This document shows positions 1 through 14,600 of a stretch of 64,000 bases of DNA, piece by piece (position 1 is the stretch's first letter; each line of letters starts with the position of its first letter). The notes beneath the pieces were generated by a model. The model was not told the DNA's origin. It searched no databases and was given only the letters and a program-made list of their open reading frames with translations. The position numbers and the translations under genes were made by a program. The stretch is from Macrostomum lignano (Eukaryota): assembly GCA_002269645.1 (NCBI GenBank), contig NIVC01001334.1, forward strand, positions 62,001 to 126,000, written 5' to 3'.

Positions 1-529
1 AGTTATTCAGGAAGAAGATGCTCCCCCCTATTGCATCACGGAGGTTGGGCTTGGCACTCAAGTGAACAATGTGAGTCCCCTTTGCTCCACTTTGCTGTTC
101 CACTCCAAACTCTCTTAATCAAATATTTACCTGAACCAACCGCTCCGAATTCTATTCTCCAAGTGGCACAGGTTAGCAGGAAGTGGCCGTATAGGTAGAT
201 TCTGTATTTGAAGTATTTAGAGTTACTAAGTAATGTATTGTTATATAAATATAGAATCCTGAAGAAGTTGGCCCGCCATAGAAATCATAACATTACGCAA
301 TCAGGCAGTGCTGGCAAGTGCTCAGTCTCTGACTACCGCGTGGGGGCCACCTGGGCTCATTGAATGGGGAAAAGCCAATTAACTGATTTTGCACCTGCAG
401 AGTTATTGAATTGGGGATGTTCGTTCTGATCGGCTCTGAACCGGCTGGATCTGTTTTGCTGCATTTTTTCTGAGCTCTCGTTTCCGCTTTTTTCATGTTT
501 TTTATCGTATCTGGTTGCTCAAGCTTCGT

Positions 530-1180
530 CTGTCTGTTTTCATATCTATTCTTATCATCTGTCTGTTCTCATATCTGTTCTCATCATATGTCTGTTCTCA
601 TATCTCTTCTCATCATCTGTCTGTTCTCATATCTGTTCTCATCATCTATCTGTTCTCATATCTATTCTCTTCATCTGTCTAGTCTCATATCTCTTCTCAT
701 CATCTGTCTGTTCTCATATCTATTCTAATGATCGTCTGTTGTCATATCTGTTCTCATATCTATTATTATCATCTGTCTGTTCTCATATCTGTTCTCATCA
801 TCTATCTGTTCTCATATCTATTCTCTTCATCTGTCTAGTCTCATATCTCTTCTCATCATCTGTCTGTTCTCATATCTATTCTCTTCATCTGTCTAGTCTC
901 ATATATGTTCTCATCATCTGTTGTCTAATCCCATATCTGTTCTCATCACCTGTCTAATTTCATATCTGTTCTCATCACCTGTCTAATTTCATATCTGTTC
1001 TCATCATCTGTTGTCTAATCTCATATCTGTTCTCATCACCTGTCTAATCTCATATCTGTTCTCATCACCTGTCTAATTTCATATCTGTTCTCATCACCTG
1101 TCTAATTTCATATCTGTTCTCATCATCTGTCTAATCTCATATCTGTTCTCATTATCTGTTGTCTAATCTGTTCTTTTCAT
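530..1180. repeat. Degenerate ~29-bp minisatellite (TCTCATATCTGTTCTCATCATCTGTCTGT); copy at ~5072-5810 is 87 bp longer
   Basis: Visible periodicity. Offset between duplicates shifts from 4542 to 4629 across it (3 x 29). Confidence 0.85.
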
Positions 1181-1677
1181 CTGTCCCAAGAGTTTCACTC
1201 ATACAGTTATCTAAGCCAGCCCCAATTCAGTGGAATCCGCAGTCCATTAAGAAGAAACTCGGCGGTCTCACAGAGCGGGGCCCAGCAGCGCGGACAAACT
1301 ATAATGTATGCAAATTTCAGTCAGTCAGGAAGAAGATCTTGCAATCGTACGGAGCCAGCCCAGCCTGAGGTCTCTGCGCCCATCAGGGACAAAAAATATT
1401 CTCATCTTTAGCAGCTAATAGCAGCTTGCTTAGGTAGAAAAAATTATTATTTGTTATATTCTCTCTAGACGCGATCGTAAAATGTCTGACCGATTGAATT
1501 TTTCTTAGAAATGATCTGCGCACTTTTCCTGCCTGGCTGGGTGCGTGGCGGCCTCATAAACTTGTCCCGGCAACTGCCTCTCAGTTCGCCTAGGAGTTTG
1601 AGAATATAATTTTATAATTATCTTTCTTCTAGTGCACTTTTCAGTTCACTTGACTCTTGGATAGTGAGCTCTGGTTA

Positions 1678-2340
1678 ATGTGTGCTTGTGAGTGACTGAG
1701 CTACTGATTGATGTGTGCTTGTGAGTGACTGAGCTACTGATTGGTGTGTGCTTGTGAGTGACTGAGCTACTGATTGGTGTGTGCTTGTGAGTGACTGAGC
1801 TACTGATTGGTGTGTGCTTGTGAGTGACTGAGCTACTGATTGGTGTGCGCTTGTGAGTGACTGAGCTACTGATTGGTGTGTGCTTGTGAGTGACTGAGCT
1901 ACTGATTGGTGTGTGCTTGTGAGTGACTGAGCTACTGATTGATGTGTGCTTGTGAGTGACTGAGCGACTGATTGGTGTGTGCTTGTGAGTGACTGAGCTA
2001 CTGATTGATGTGTGCTTGTGAGTGACTGAGCTACTGATTGGTGTGTGCTTGTGAGTGACTGAGCTACTGATTGGTGTGTGCTTGTGAGTGACTGAGCTAC
2101 TGATTGGTGTGTGCTTGTGAGTGACTGAGCTACTGATTGGTGTGCGCTTGTGAGTGACTGAGCTACTGATTGGTGTGTGCTTGTGAGTGACTGAGCTACT
2201 GATTGGTGTGTGCTTGTGAGTGACTGAGCTACTGATTGGTGTGTGCTTGTGAGTGACTGAGCTACTGATTGGTGTGTGCTTGTGAGTGACTGAGCTACTG
2301 ATTGGTGTGTGCTTGTGAGTGACTGAGCTACTGATTGGTG
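1678..2340. repeat. 33-bp minisatellite GTGTGTGCTTGTGAGTGACTGAGCTACTGATTG, 20 copies
   Basis: 11-aa period THQSVAQSLTS x20 in ORF 1675-2490. Confidence 0.95.
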
Positions 2341-2800
2341 TGTTTTAGTACAATATTTTGAGCAGAATTTATGCCACATGTTTTGCATTCGGCATAGATA
2401 CAAATTGAAGCCATGATTGATGAGATTTCGGATATTTTCTGGCCTCCACGTAGCTCTTGAGCTGTAGGTTGCCCTACCATCGCACAACATTTGATTGTGT
2501 TACTACTAAGTCCCATTATGATTATGAGCCTTATTTGCTTTATTACTGAGACCGACTGTGAGAATTTATGACCCCGCGGTGTTCTCATCGCTATGCCCGG
2601 AGCACCCGCATCTCACCCATCCCACCCTCCAGCAGTTCCGGGTTGAATTCCCCGCATTCTATACAAATATGCTTTATTGCTGGGTGGCTTTCACTTTCCA
2701 CCGCCCTGCCCCCTCTAATAAAGGAAAGTGGCATTCGGGCTGGTCAGCTTGGCGCACCAGCGAGTCTGGTGCTGGGATTGAGAGCTGCCGCTGCTCCACA

Positions 2801-3519
<719 letters not shown>

Positions 3520-4017
3520 AGAAACAAGCCCCATAAGCTGCTTGATGCCCTGATTCTTCTTGTAGACACTGCTGACTGCCAAGTGCGATGGAGCCCCGAT
3601 GAGTTACGGGCACCGCAGGGAGTGAAAATCATTATTGATCAGTTCAAACTGGCCGCAGGGTAGCCGAATTCCAGCGTCGCGCAGTTACGCAACCAACCAA
3701 CTATGCGGCAGGGCACTGGGTGAGGCAGAGAGCTGAGATATGACAGATAAAACAGATAAGAAAGCTTAGCCGTCATTTTTCCAATTCTTTTTCCAATCAG
3801 TGCTGATAACTCCTGCTGGGCCTGGGTGGGCAGCCATCAATCAAGTGGGCCTAGCTCCCGCTAAATTATTGAAATCGCCTTCAGCTTGTTTTTAAGAGTC
3901 AGTTTCTTTAATTGAATTAAAACTAGCCGCACTTGGAGCGGTAAGTCACCGGCAAGCAATAATAGAAAATAATGGATCTTCTTCTTATGATATCTAATAA
4001 TTGAGCTGGTTAGTTAA

Positions 4018-4546
<529 letters not shown>

Positions 4547-6306
4547 ATTCAGGAAGAAGATGCTCCCCCCTATTGCATCACGGAGGTTGGGCTTGGCACT
4601 CAAGTGAACAATGTGAGTCCCCTTTGCTCCACTTTGCTGTTCCACTCCAAACTCTCTTAATCAAATATTTACCTGAACCAACCGCTCCGAATTCTATTCT
4701 CCAAGTGGCACAGGTTAGCAGGAAGTGGCCGTATAGGTAGATTCTGTATTTGAAGTATTTAGAGTTACTAAGTAATGTATTGTTATATAAATATAGAATC
4801 CTGAAGAAGTTGGCCCGCCATAGAAATCATAACATTACGCAATCAGGCAGTGCTGGCAAGTGCTCAGTCTCTGACTACCGCGTGGGGGCCACCTGGGCTC
4901 ATTGAATGGGGAAAAGCCAATTAACTGATTTTGCACCTGCAGAGTTATTGAATTGGGGATGTTCGTTCTGATCGGCTCTGAACCGGCTGGATCTGTTTTG
5001 CTGCATTTTTTCTGAGCTCTCGTTTCCGCTTTTTTCATGTTTTTTATCGTATCTGGTTGCTCAAGCTTCGTCTGTCTGTTTTCATATCTATTCTTATCAT
5101 CTGTCTGTTCTCATATCTGTTCTCATCATATGTCTGTTCTCATATCTCTTCTCATCATCTGTCTGTTCTCATATCTGTTCTCATCATCTATCTGTTCTCA
5201 TATCTATTCTCTTCATCTGTCTAGTCTCATATCTCTTCTCATCATCTGTCTGTTCTCATATCTATTCTAATGATCGTCTGTTGTCATATCTGTTCTCATA
5301 TCTATTATTATCATCTGTCTGTTCTCATATCTGTTCTCATCATCTATCTGTTCTCATATCTATTCTCTTCATCTGTCTAGTCTCATATCTCTTCTCATCA
5401 TCTGTCTGTTCTCATATCTATTCTCTTCATCTGTCTAGTCTCATATATGTTCTCATCATCTGTTGTCTAATCCCATATCTGTTCTCATCACCTGTCTAAT
5501 TTCATATCTGTTCTCATCACCTGTCTAATTTCATATCTGTTCTCATCATCTGTTGTCTAATCTCATATCTGTTCTCATCACCTGTCTAATCTCATATCTG
5601 TTCTCATCACCTGTCTAATTTCATATCTGTTCTCATCATCTGTCTAATTTCATATCTGTTCTCATCATCTGTCTAATTTCATATCTGTTCTCATCACCTG
5701 TCTAATTTCATATCTGTTCTCATCACCTGTCTAATTTCATATCTGTTCTCATCATCTGTCTAATCTCATATCTGTTCTCATTATCTGTTGTCTAATCTGT
5801 TCTTTTCATCTGTCCCAAGAGTTTCACTCATACAGTTATCTAAGCCAGCCCCAATTCAGTGGAATCCGCAGTCCATTAAGAAGAAACTCGGCGGTCTCAC
5901 AGAGCGGGGCCCAGCAGCGCGGACAAACTATAATGTATGCAAATTTCAGTCAGTCAGGAAGAAGATCTTGCAATCGTACGGAGCCAGCCCAGCCTGAGGT
6001 CTCTGCGCCCATCAGGGACAAAAAATATTCTCATCTTTAGCAGCTAATAGCAGCTTGCTTAGGTAGAAAAAATTATTATTTGTTATATTCTCTCTAGACG
6101 CGATCGTAAAATGTCTGACCGATTGAATTTTTCTTAGAAATGATCTGCGCACTTTTCCTGCCTGGCTGGGTGCGTGGCGGCCTCATAAACTTGTCCCGGC
6201 AACTGCCTCTCAGTTCGCCTAGGAGTTTGAGAATATAATTTTATAATTATCTTTCTTCTAGTGCACTTTTCAGTTCACTTGACTCTTGGATAGTGAGCTC
6301 TGGTTA

Positions 6307-6772
6307 ATGTGTGCTTGTGAGTGACTGAGCGACTGATTGGTGTGTGCTTGTGAGTGACTGAGCTACTGATTGATGTGTGCTTGTGAGTGACTGAGCTACT
6401 GATTGGTGTGTGCTTGTGAATGACTGAGCTACTGATTGGTGTGTGCTTGTGAGTGACTGAGCTACTGATTGGTGTGTGCTTGTGAGTGACTGAGCTACTG
6501 ATTGGTGTGTGCTTGTGAGTGACTGAGCTACTGATTGGTGTGTGCTTGTGAGTGACTGAGCTACTGATTGGTGTGCGCTTGTGAGTGACTGAGCTACTGA
6601 TTGGTGTGTGCTTGTGAGTGACTGAGCTACTGATTGGTGTGTGCTTGTGAGTGACTGAGCTACTGATTGGTGTGTGCTTGTGAGTGACTGAGCTACTGAT
6701 TGGTGTGTGCTTGTGAGTGACTGAGCTACTGATTGGTGTGTGCTTGTGAGTGACTGAGCTACTGATTGGTGT
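6307..6772. repeat. Same 33-bp minisatellite, 14 copies
   Basis: THQSVAQSLTS x14 in ORF 6304-6921. Confidence 0.95.
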
Positions 6773-7234
6773 GTTTTAGTACAATATTTTGAGCAGAATT
6801 TATGCCACATGTTTTGCATTCGGCATAGATACAAATTGAAGCCATGATTGATGAGATTTCGGATATTTTCTGGCCTCCACGTAGCTCTTGAGCTGTAGGT
6901 TGCCCTACCATCGCACAACATTTGATTGTGTTACTACTAAGTCCCATTATGATTATGAGCCTTATTTGCTTTATTACTGAGACCGACTGTGAGAATTTAT
7001 GACCCCGCGGTGTTCTCATCGCTATGCCCGGAGCACCCGCATCTCACCCATCCCACCCTCCAGCAGTTCCGGGTTGAATTCCCCGCATTCTATACAAATA
7101 TGCTTTATTGCTGGGGTGGCTTTCACTTTCCACCGCCCTGCCCCCCTCTAATAAAGGAAAGTGGCATTCGGGGCTGGTCAGCTTGGCGCACCAGCGAGTC
7201 TGGTGCTGGGATTGAGAGCTGCCGCTGCTCCACA

Positions 7235-7958
<724 letters not shown>

Positions 7959-8498
7959 CATCTTGTAAAGCCCTTATTCTATTTGCCCTTCCAGCAATCC
8001 CCAAAGAAGATTTGTTCTTGGCGGTCTCTAAGTGCCAAAATTGAAAGGAAAGTGACACGCCAGTCAGGGCTGATGGGAGCTTTATTGCTGGGCGGCACAC
8101 GAACGAGAGTCCATCCAGTGTCTCTCTGGCCCCACAGACAGAGATTAATGCACTTAGAGATAGGGATGGGGGCTGTGCAATATTGGGGAAAAAAACTTGG
8201 GGATGGTGCGAGTGGGTATCTTGCGGTCGGGTGACTAATCGGCTCTGTGATAGCGGAGTCCCCAGCCGTGAGACTGAGGGGTGGGGGGGGGGAAGTGGAT
8301 TAACTAACATGTCCGAGAGAACTTGATCGGGAACAAAGCTGCTGGAATAGTGCTTGCTCGAGGATTTTTTGTGCCGCATCATCATCAACATTGAGTTCTT
8401 TCTCTACATGTAGTCTCTATTAGAGTTTTGTATTGAAAGTTTTTTAGAGAAAATTCGAGAAAATTCAAGAGATTGAAAAGGACTGATAAAGAGGGTGG

Positions 8499-9445
8499 CC
8501 GCTGTAAGCCCGCCCGACAGACTGGGGAAAGGGTGGCTCCTGTAAGCCCGACAGACTGGGGAGGGGTGGCTCCTGTAAGCCCGACAGACTGGGGAGGGGT
8601 GGCTTCTGTAAGCCCGACAGACTGGGGAGGGGTGGCTTCTGTAAGCCCGACAGACTGGGGAGGGGTGGCTTCTGTAAGCCCGACAGACTGGGGAGGGGTG
8701 GCTTCTGTAAGCCCGACAGACTGGGGAGGGGTGGCCGCTGTAAGCCCGACAGACTGGGGAGGGGTGGCCCCTGTAAGCCCGACAGCCTGGGGAGGGGGTG
8801 GCTCCTGTAAGCCCGACAGCCTGGGGAGGGGGTGGCTCCTGTAAGCCCGACAGACTGGGGAGGGGTGGCCGCTGTAAGCCCGACAGACTGGGGAGGGGTG
8901 GCCCCTGTAAGCCCGACAGACTGGGGAGGGGTGGCTCCTGTAAGCCCGACAGACTGGGGAGGGGTGGCCGCTGTAAGCCCGACAGACTGGGGAGGGGTGG
9001 CCCCTGTAAGCCCGACAGACTGGGGAGGGGTGGCTCCTGTAAGCCCGACAGACTGGGGAGGGGGTGGCTCCTGTAAGCCCGACAGACTGGGGAGGGGTGG
9101 CCGCTGTAAGCCCGACAGACTGGGGAGGGGTGGCCGCTGTAAGCCCGACAGACTAGGGAGGGGGTGGCTCCTGTAAGCCCGACAGACTAGGGAGGGGGTG
9201 GCTCCTGTAAGCCCGACAGACTAGGGAGGGGTGGCTCCTGTAAGCCCGACAGACTAGGGAGGGGTGGCTCCTGTAAGCCCGACAGACTAGGGAGGGGGTG
9301 GCTCCTGTAAGCCCGACAGACTAGGGAGGGGGTGGCTCCTGTAAGCCCGACAGACTGGGGAGGGGGTGGCCGCTGTAAGCCCGACAGACTGGGGAGGGTG
9401 TGGCCCCTGTAAGCCCGACAGGCTGGTGATGGAGTGGCCGCTGTA
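8499..9445. repeat. 33-34-bp G-rich minisatellite CCTGTAAGCCCGACAGACTGGGGAGGGGTGGCT, ~28 copies
   Basis: 11-aa period [11 protein letters not shown] in ORFs 8473-9176. Confidence 0.95.
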
Positions 9446-9505
9446 ATCTCAGTAGCCTTGTTAAGCCAGCAGGTAAGGGCAGCAGTTCACTGATGCCTCC
9501 CGCAG

Positions 9506-11686
9506 ACAGCAGCCCAGGCCTGTTCAGCATCGACCCGGCCAGCGGGCTGGTCGCTGTGGCCGCCAGCACCGAGGGCGCCTCGGTCGCGAAGAGCTACTCG
9601 CTAACGCTGCTATTGGAAACCGCCGCGAATACCACTCGAAGATTCCACCTGAACGTGTCGATCCTCGCCGATACTCGCCCGCAAAACCGTAGCCGCCTCG
9701 CCGTCTCTCTCGCTGTTCAACCGTCGGAATTTGTTGGCGTCGACGAGGACGCACCAGCTGGCACGTTTGTTGCTCGCGTTGTCGCCGAGGGTGCGCCGGA
9801 CGCTGCCAGCCTCGTCTTCGCCTTGTCGAACTGTTCGGCGTCGACTGGCTGGCTGCTGGGCTATTTCGGCATTGGGCCCAGCAGCGGCGTCGTCACCACC
9901 AGCAGGTCCGGGCTGGACCGCGACACCGTCGGCAGCGGCGGGCAATTCATGCTGACGGCCATCGCCACCTCTGCCGCCGGCTCCGAGCCAGCGCTGTCGG
10001 CCGAGGTTCGAATCCGCGTCACCATCCGCGATATCAACGACAATCGGCCGCGGTGGAAGACGCCGCCTCTGCCGCTGCCGTCACCTGATGGCGTCGAAGA
10101 GCCGATGCTGCACGGCTGGGTGCCGGAGGACGTCCCGGTTGGCGGCGCGGTGCTGCTGCTGCCGATGAAGGCCGTCAACTCGACTGTGACGGTTTCGTAT
10201 CCAAGGCCGCTGAGGCTGCTGGCGGAGGACGCGGACAGCGGCGAGAACGGCGACATCGAGTACGAGGTCTGGACCGACGGCTACGGCGAGCAGACGTTCT
10301 ACGTCGACGAGGACTCCGGGGTTCTCCGGGTGCGCCGGCCGCTGGACCGGGAGCTGACCGACAGGCACGAGCTCTGGATTCGAGCCCGGGACCGCGGCCG
10401 GCCCCGCCGGTTGCGCAGCCACCGTGCCGTCCGGGTGCGCGTCGAAGTTGCCGACGTGGACGACACTCCGCCGAAGTTTCTCTATCCAAAGTTGTCAACG
10501 GCGTCAGTGGTGCTCGAACTTCCGACCTACCCTGGCGCGCGGGTGGCGCGAGTTCGCCTGGCCGATCCAGACGTCATCGGGTCGCCGCCGACGCTCACGC
10601 TGGCCTCCGCGGTGCTCCTCAGTGAAGGCGACACCGTCAGGAGCAACGCGGACGGCAGCTTCTCTGTGGACCGGCAGAGCGGCTCGATTTTGACGGCGCC
10701 CGGCAGCAATGGTTCGCTGCTTCGCCCCGGCCGCTACCGACTTTGCCTGACTGCCAGCGACTCCCGACACGTGGTCGAAACCAACGTTACAGTCGACGTC
10801 GGTGCGCCAGGAAGTCCGCCGCTGCTGCTTCACCAGGCGGGCCGCGTCGAGGCCAGGGTGGACGAGAGCGCGCCAGTCGGTCACGTGATCGGACAGCCGC
10901 ACCCCTGGCCGGAGCCGCCGCTCGACCGGCCGTGCCGATATCAGCTCCGGCCGCTGTCCGACAATCTGGCCGAAGATTTCCTGCTGGCTCAGCGGCACTT
11001 TCTGGCCGACCCGGTGACTGGAGCGATCTCCGTGGCAGCCGAGCTGGACGCCGAGTCGCTGCCGCGTCGGCCGCTTCGGTTCGCCGCCGCCTACGCCTGT
11101 GGCGCCGTGTCGGAAGGCCGCGCCGAAGTTCGCGTCCAAGTCGCCGATGCGAACGACAACGCGCCAACGTTTGTCGGGGCACCGTACAGGTTTGTGGTGC
11201 GACAACCTTCGCCATCGACAGACTTCGTTGCCGTCGGTTCGGCTGTCGCCGTCGACCCTGACTACGGCGAGAACGGCACCGTGACCTACTCGATCGTCAG
11301 CGTGACCAGCGTCGGCCGCGTCTTCGGCGTCAGCAGTGGCGTCGGTGACGGCGTCTTCAGCATCGACGCTACGAGCGGAGCCATCAGCCTGCGGCTGGGG
11401 GGCGCCGGCTCGTCTGTTGTCGGCGTTTTTGAGCTCAGCGTCTCCTGCTCAGATTCCGGAAGGCCGGCGAAAAACGCAGTTGCCATGGCAACCGTCCTGG
11501 TGGCTCCGCAGGCCGGGCCGGCATATCGGCCGTCCGACAGGCGCCGAGTTCGAATCTCCGAGGCGGTGCCGGTGGACGGTTTGGTTGCCATGGTGACGGC
11601 CGATGCTGGCAGCTCGGAGAACAGTTTGGCGTATAGAATCGAGTCCGGAGATCCGGAAGGCCTCTTCTGGCTGGACTTCGCCGCTG
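9506..11686 (+). CDS. FAT1-like: Fat-like exon 1 in window (cadherin repeats ~1-7), phase 1 to 1
   Basis: Acceptor cctcccgcag|AC at 9506, donor GCTG|GTGAGA at 11687. ORF 9493-11778 contains GLDRD, DINDNRP, LDRE, DVDDTPP, DANDNAP. Confidence 0.9.
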
Positions 11687-14600
11687 GTGAGAGATTTTCC
11701 AAGAACTATATTCTTTATCTAAGAAACTTCTTTTCTAAGAAACATATTCCTTTTCCAAGAAACACATTTCTTATCTAAGAAGCGTTCATCTTTCTAAGAA
11801 ACATATTTCCTTTCCAAGAATCATATTCCTTTTCTAGGAAACATTTTTCCTTTCTAAGAATCATATTTTTTTCTAAGAAACACATTTCTTTTCTAAGTAA
11901 CATAATGCATTTCTAAGAAACATATTGTTTTGTAAGAAGTATTCATTTTCTAACAAACATATTTTTTAAGAAACATTCCTTTTCTTTGTAAGAAACATTA
12001 ATTTTCTAAGAAACATATTGTTGTGGTCTCCTTTTCTAAGAAAAATTGCGTCTCCAAGAAACATATTACTTTTTTAAGAAACATTGTGTCTCCAAGAAAC
12101 ATATTACTTTTCTAAGAAACATATCCTACTAATTCTCTAATTTCTTTTCTAAGAAACATTCTTAGCAACTGCACCGTGCCTTTGAATGCCCTTGAATTAA
12201 CAGCAGCCGGTACATTTTACTGATTCATTAGCAAGTTAACAAGTTGCACACTTTGGCCACTCCAACTGTCTGGGCATTACGTAGTCACATTTTGCCGTGC
12301 CCAGTGATATTTCTCCAGTTGAAGATTGCCGTCCCCGTCTCGGTTATCAAGTCGACACCTCTCTCTCCCTTCTCTAAAGCGGTTTTAATGCAGTCAGATT
12401 GATTATTCGGGCCGAGTGGCTTCCATCCTAGCTTTCCTTGACTACAAAATAATCGATTGTCTTCGGATGTAGCAACTCGCCCAAAATTGACCAGCATCAT
12501 CGCGTGCCATTAGCGCCTATCGTAGATTTTCCCAACTGCCTTATATTTTATATTAGTACAGTAAAAGCAGTTACTCATTGTGACTTAAATGCATCACGCA
12601 GACAAATAAAAATGCAGTTTATTGCCTTTTTTCTTCATTTCGCAGGTCCGGCCGCCAGTTCGGAATGTAAGTCGAGTTAATTGCAACTTTTTTGTGTTTT
12701 AAATTGGTCTGCTGGCGCGAAGACTGACGATTTTAGATTGACGCTTTTATTGACGCCTCTGGCTAAAGGTCGAGTTCCAATTCCGCTTGTATGCAAATAA
12801 AGCTTTGATATAGTTAAATGTATCTTGATGGGTTAATTAGGCAATTATCCTGACTGACTGCCCACAGCTTAGTTGATAAAAAAATAGCCCTTTACTAGCA
12901 ATCAGCACCTCCCGTTGGGGAGCCAACAAAGAATGGAATACATTTTTAAATAAACTATATGTTGCTTCTGACCTCTCAGTCTTGACATCTCAGCAATTCC
13001 CCTCGTAAGCCTTGGCATCTCAGCAATTCCCCCCTCAGCCTTGACATCTCAGCAATTCCCCCCTCAGCCTTGACATCTCAGCAATTCCCCCCTCAGCCTT
13101 GACATCTCAGCTATTCCTCCCGTCAGCCTTGACATCTCAGCAATTCCCCCCCGTAACCCTTGACGTCTCAGCGATCGTAAGCTTTGAAATCTCAGCAATT
13201 CCCCACGGTAGCCTTGACGTCTCAGCAATTCCCCCCTCATCCTTGATATCTCAGCTATTCCTCCTGTCAGCCTTGACATCTCAGCAATTCCCCCCTCAGC
13301 CTTGACATCTCAGCAATTCCCCCCTCAGCCTTGACATCTCAGCAATTCCCCCCTCAGCCTTGACATCTCAGCAATTCCCCCCTCAGCCTTGACATCTCAG
13401 CTATTCCTTCTGTCAGCCTTGACATCTCAGCAATTCTCCCCTCATCCTTGACATCTCAGCTATTCCTCCTGTCAGCCTTGATATCTCAGCAATTCCCCCT
13501 CAGCCTTGACATCTCAGCAATTCCCCCCTCATCCTTGACATCTCAGCTATTCCTCCTGTCAGCCTTGACATCTCAGAAATCCCCCCGTGAGCCTTGACAT
13601 CTCAGCAATTCCCCCCTCAGCCTTGACATATCACAAATTCCCCCCCGTGAGACTTGACAAATCACAAATTTCCCCCCCCGTGAGACTTGACATCTCAGAA
13701 ATTCCCCGTGAACCTTGACATCTCAGCAATTCCCCCCTCAGCCTTGACATCTCCCAAATTCCCCCCTGTGAGCCTTGACATCTCAGAAATCCCCTGTGAG
13801 CCTTGACATCTCAGAAATCCCCTGTGAGCCTTGACATCTCAGAAATCCCCTGTGAGCCTTGAATTCATTGACGCCTGCAGATTAAGGTTAAGCTCCGCTT
13901 GTATGCAAATAAAGCTTTTAGTTAAACGGAACTTGATGAGTTAATTGGGCAATTATCTTGTGTTGCCGACAGTTTAGTTGATTCGGCGAATAAAAGGTCA
14001 CGACCACCGTGCACCCCCTGCTGGGCCTGTTTCATTCTGCTGGCCCCTGAGCACCCACAAGATGTTCGGATCTGGGATGGTTGGTCCTCCCAATGATAGT
14101 GAACATTGTAATTCCGTGCACGAATCCCAAGTTAAAGTGTGTGTTTGACGCGAGTCTGCCTACATCCCAGCTGATAAATAAAAAGCATGATGGACTTTGT
14201 TAAATGAGGCTTCATCGAGAGGAAGATATCCCAGAATTAGAAGTGCTCCGTCTTTGTTGGCCTCCCCTTCTTCCTCTCCAATAGCCCCGGAGCCCCTGTT
14301 CCAATGCCGGGCGGAAGTGCGAGACCGGGAAGGGGGCCGAGACAGCCGAAGCCTTCCTAGCGTGACCATGGGTTGAACTGTTAGACTGTCACGGTGCGAG
14401 CCGGACAACCAGGCATAGCCATGCTGTATGATGATGCCGCGTGTCTGTGGGGATTCTGTGTTTTTTATTCCGCATGGCCTCACGTGCGGTCGCTTAAAAA
14501 TAGCGAAGAGATGCTATAGTAGACCTTCTTTCTTGAGCTTGGCTGCTACATCAAAGTAGGAAGCGTTTGAGATTGTCTGGGGATCGGAGAGAATTATGGA

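Noticed and set aside
9473-9505. Possible 33-nt mini-intron (CAG|GTAAGG...CCCGCAG) just before exon 1
   Set aside because: The upstream sequence is minisatellite with no cadherin-like frame, so the donor is more likely cryptic.
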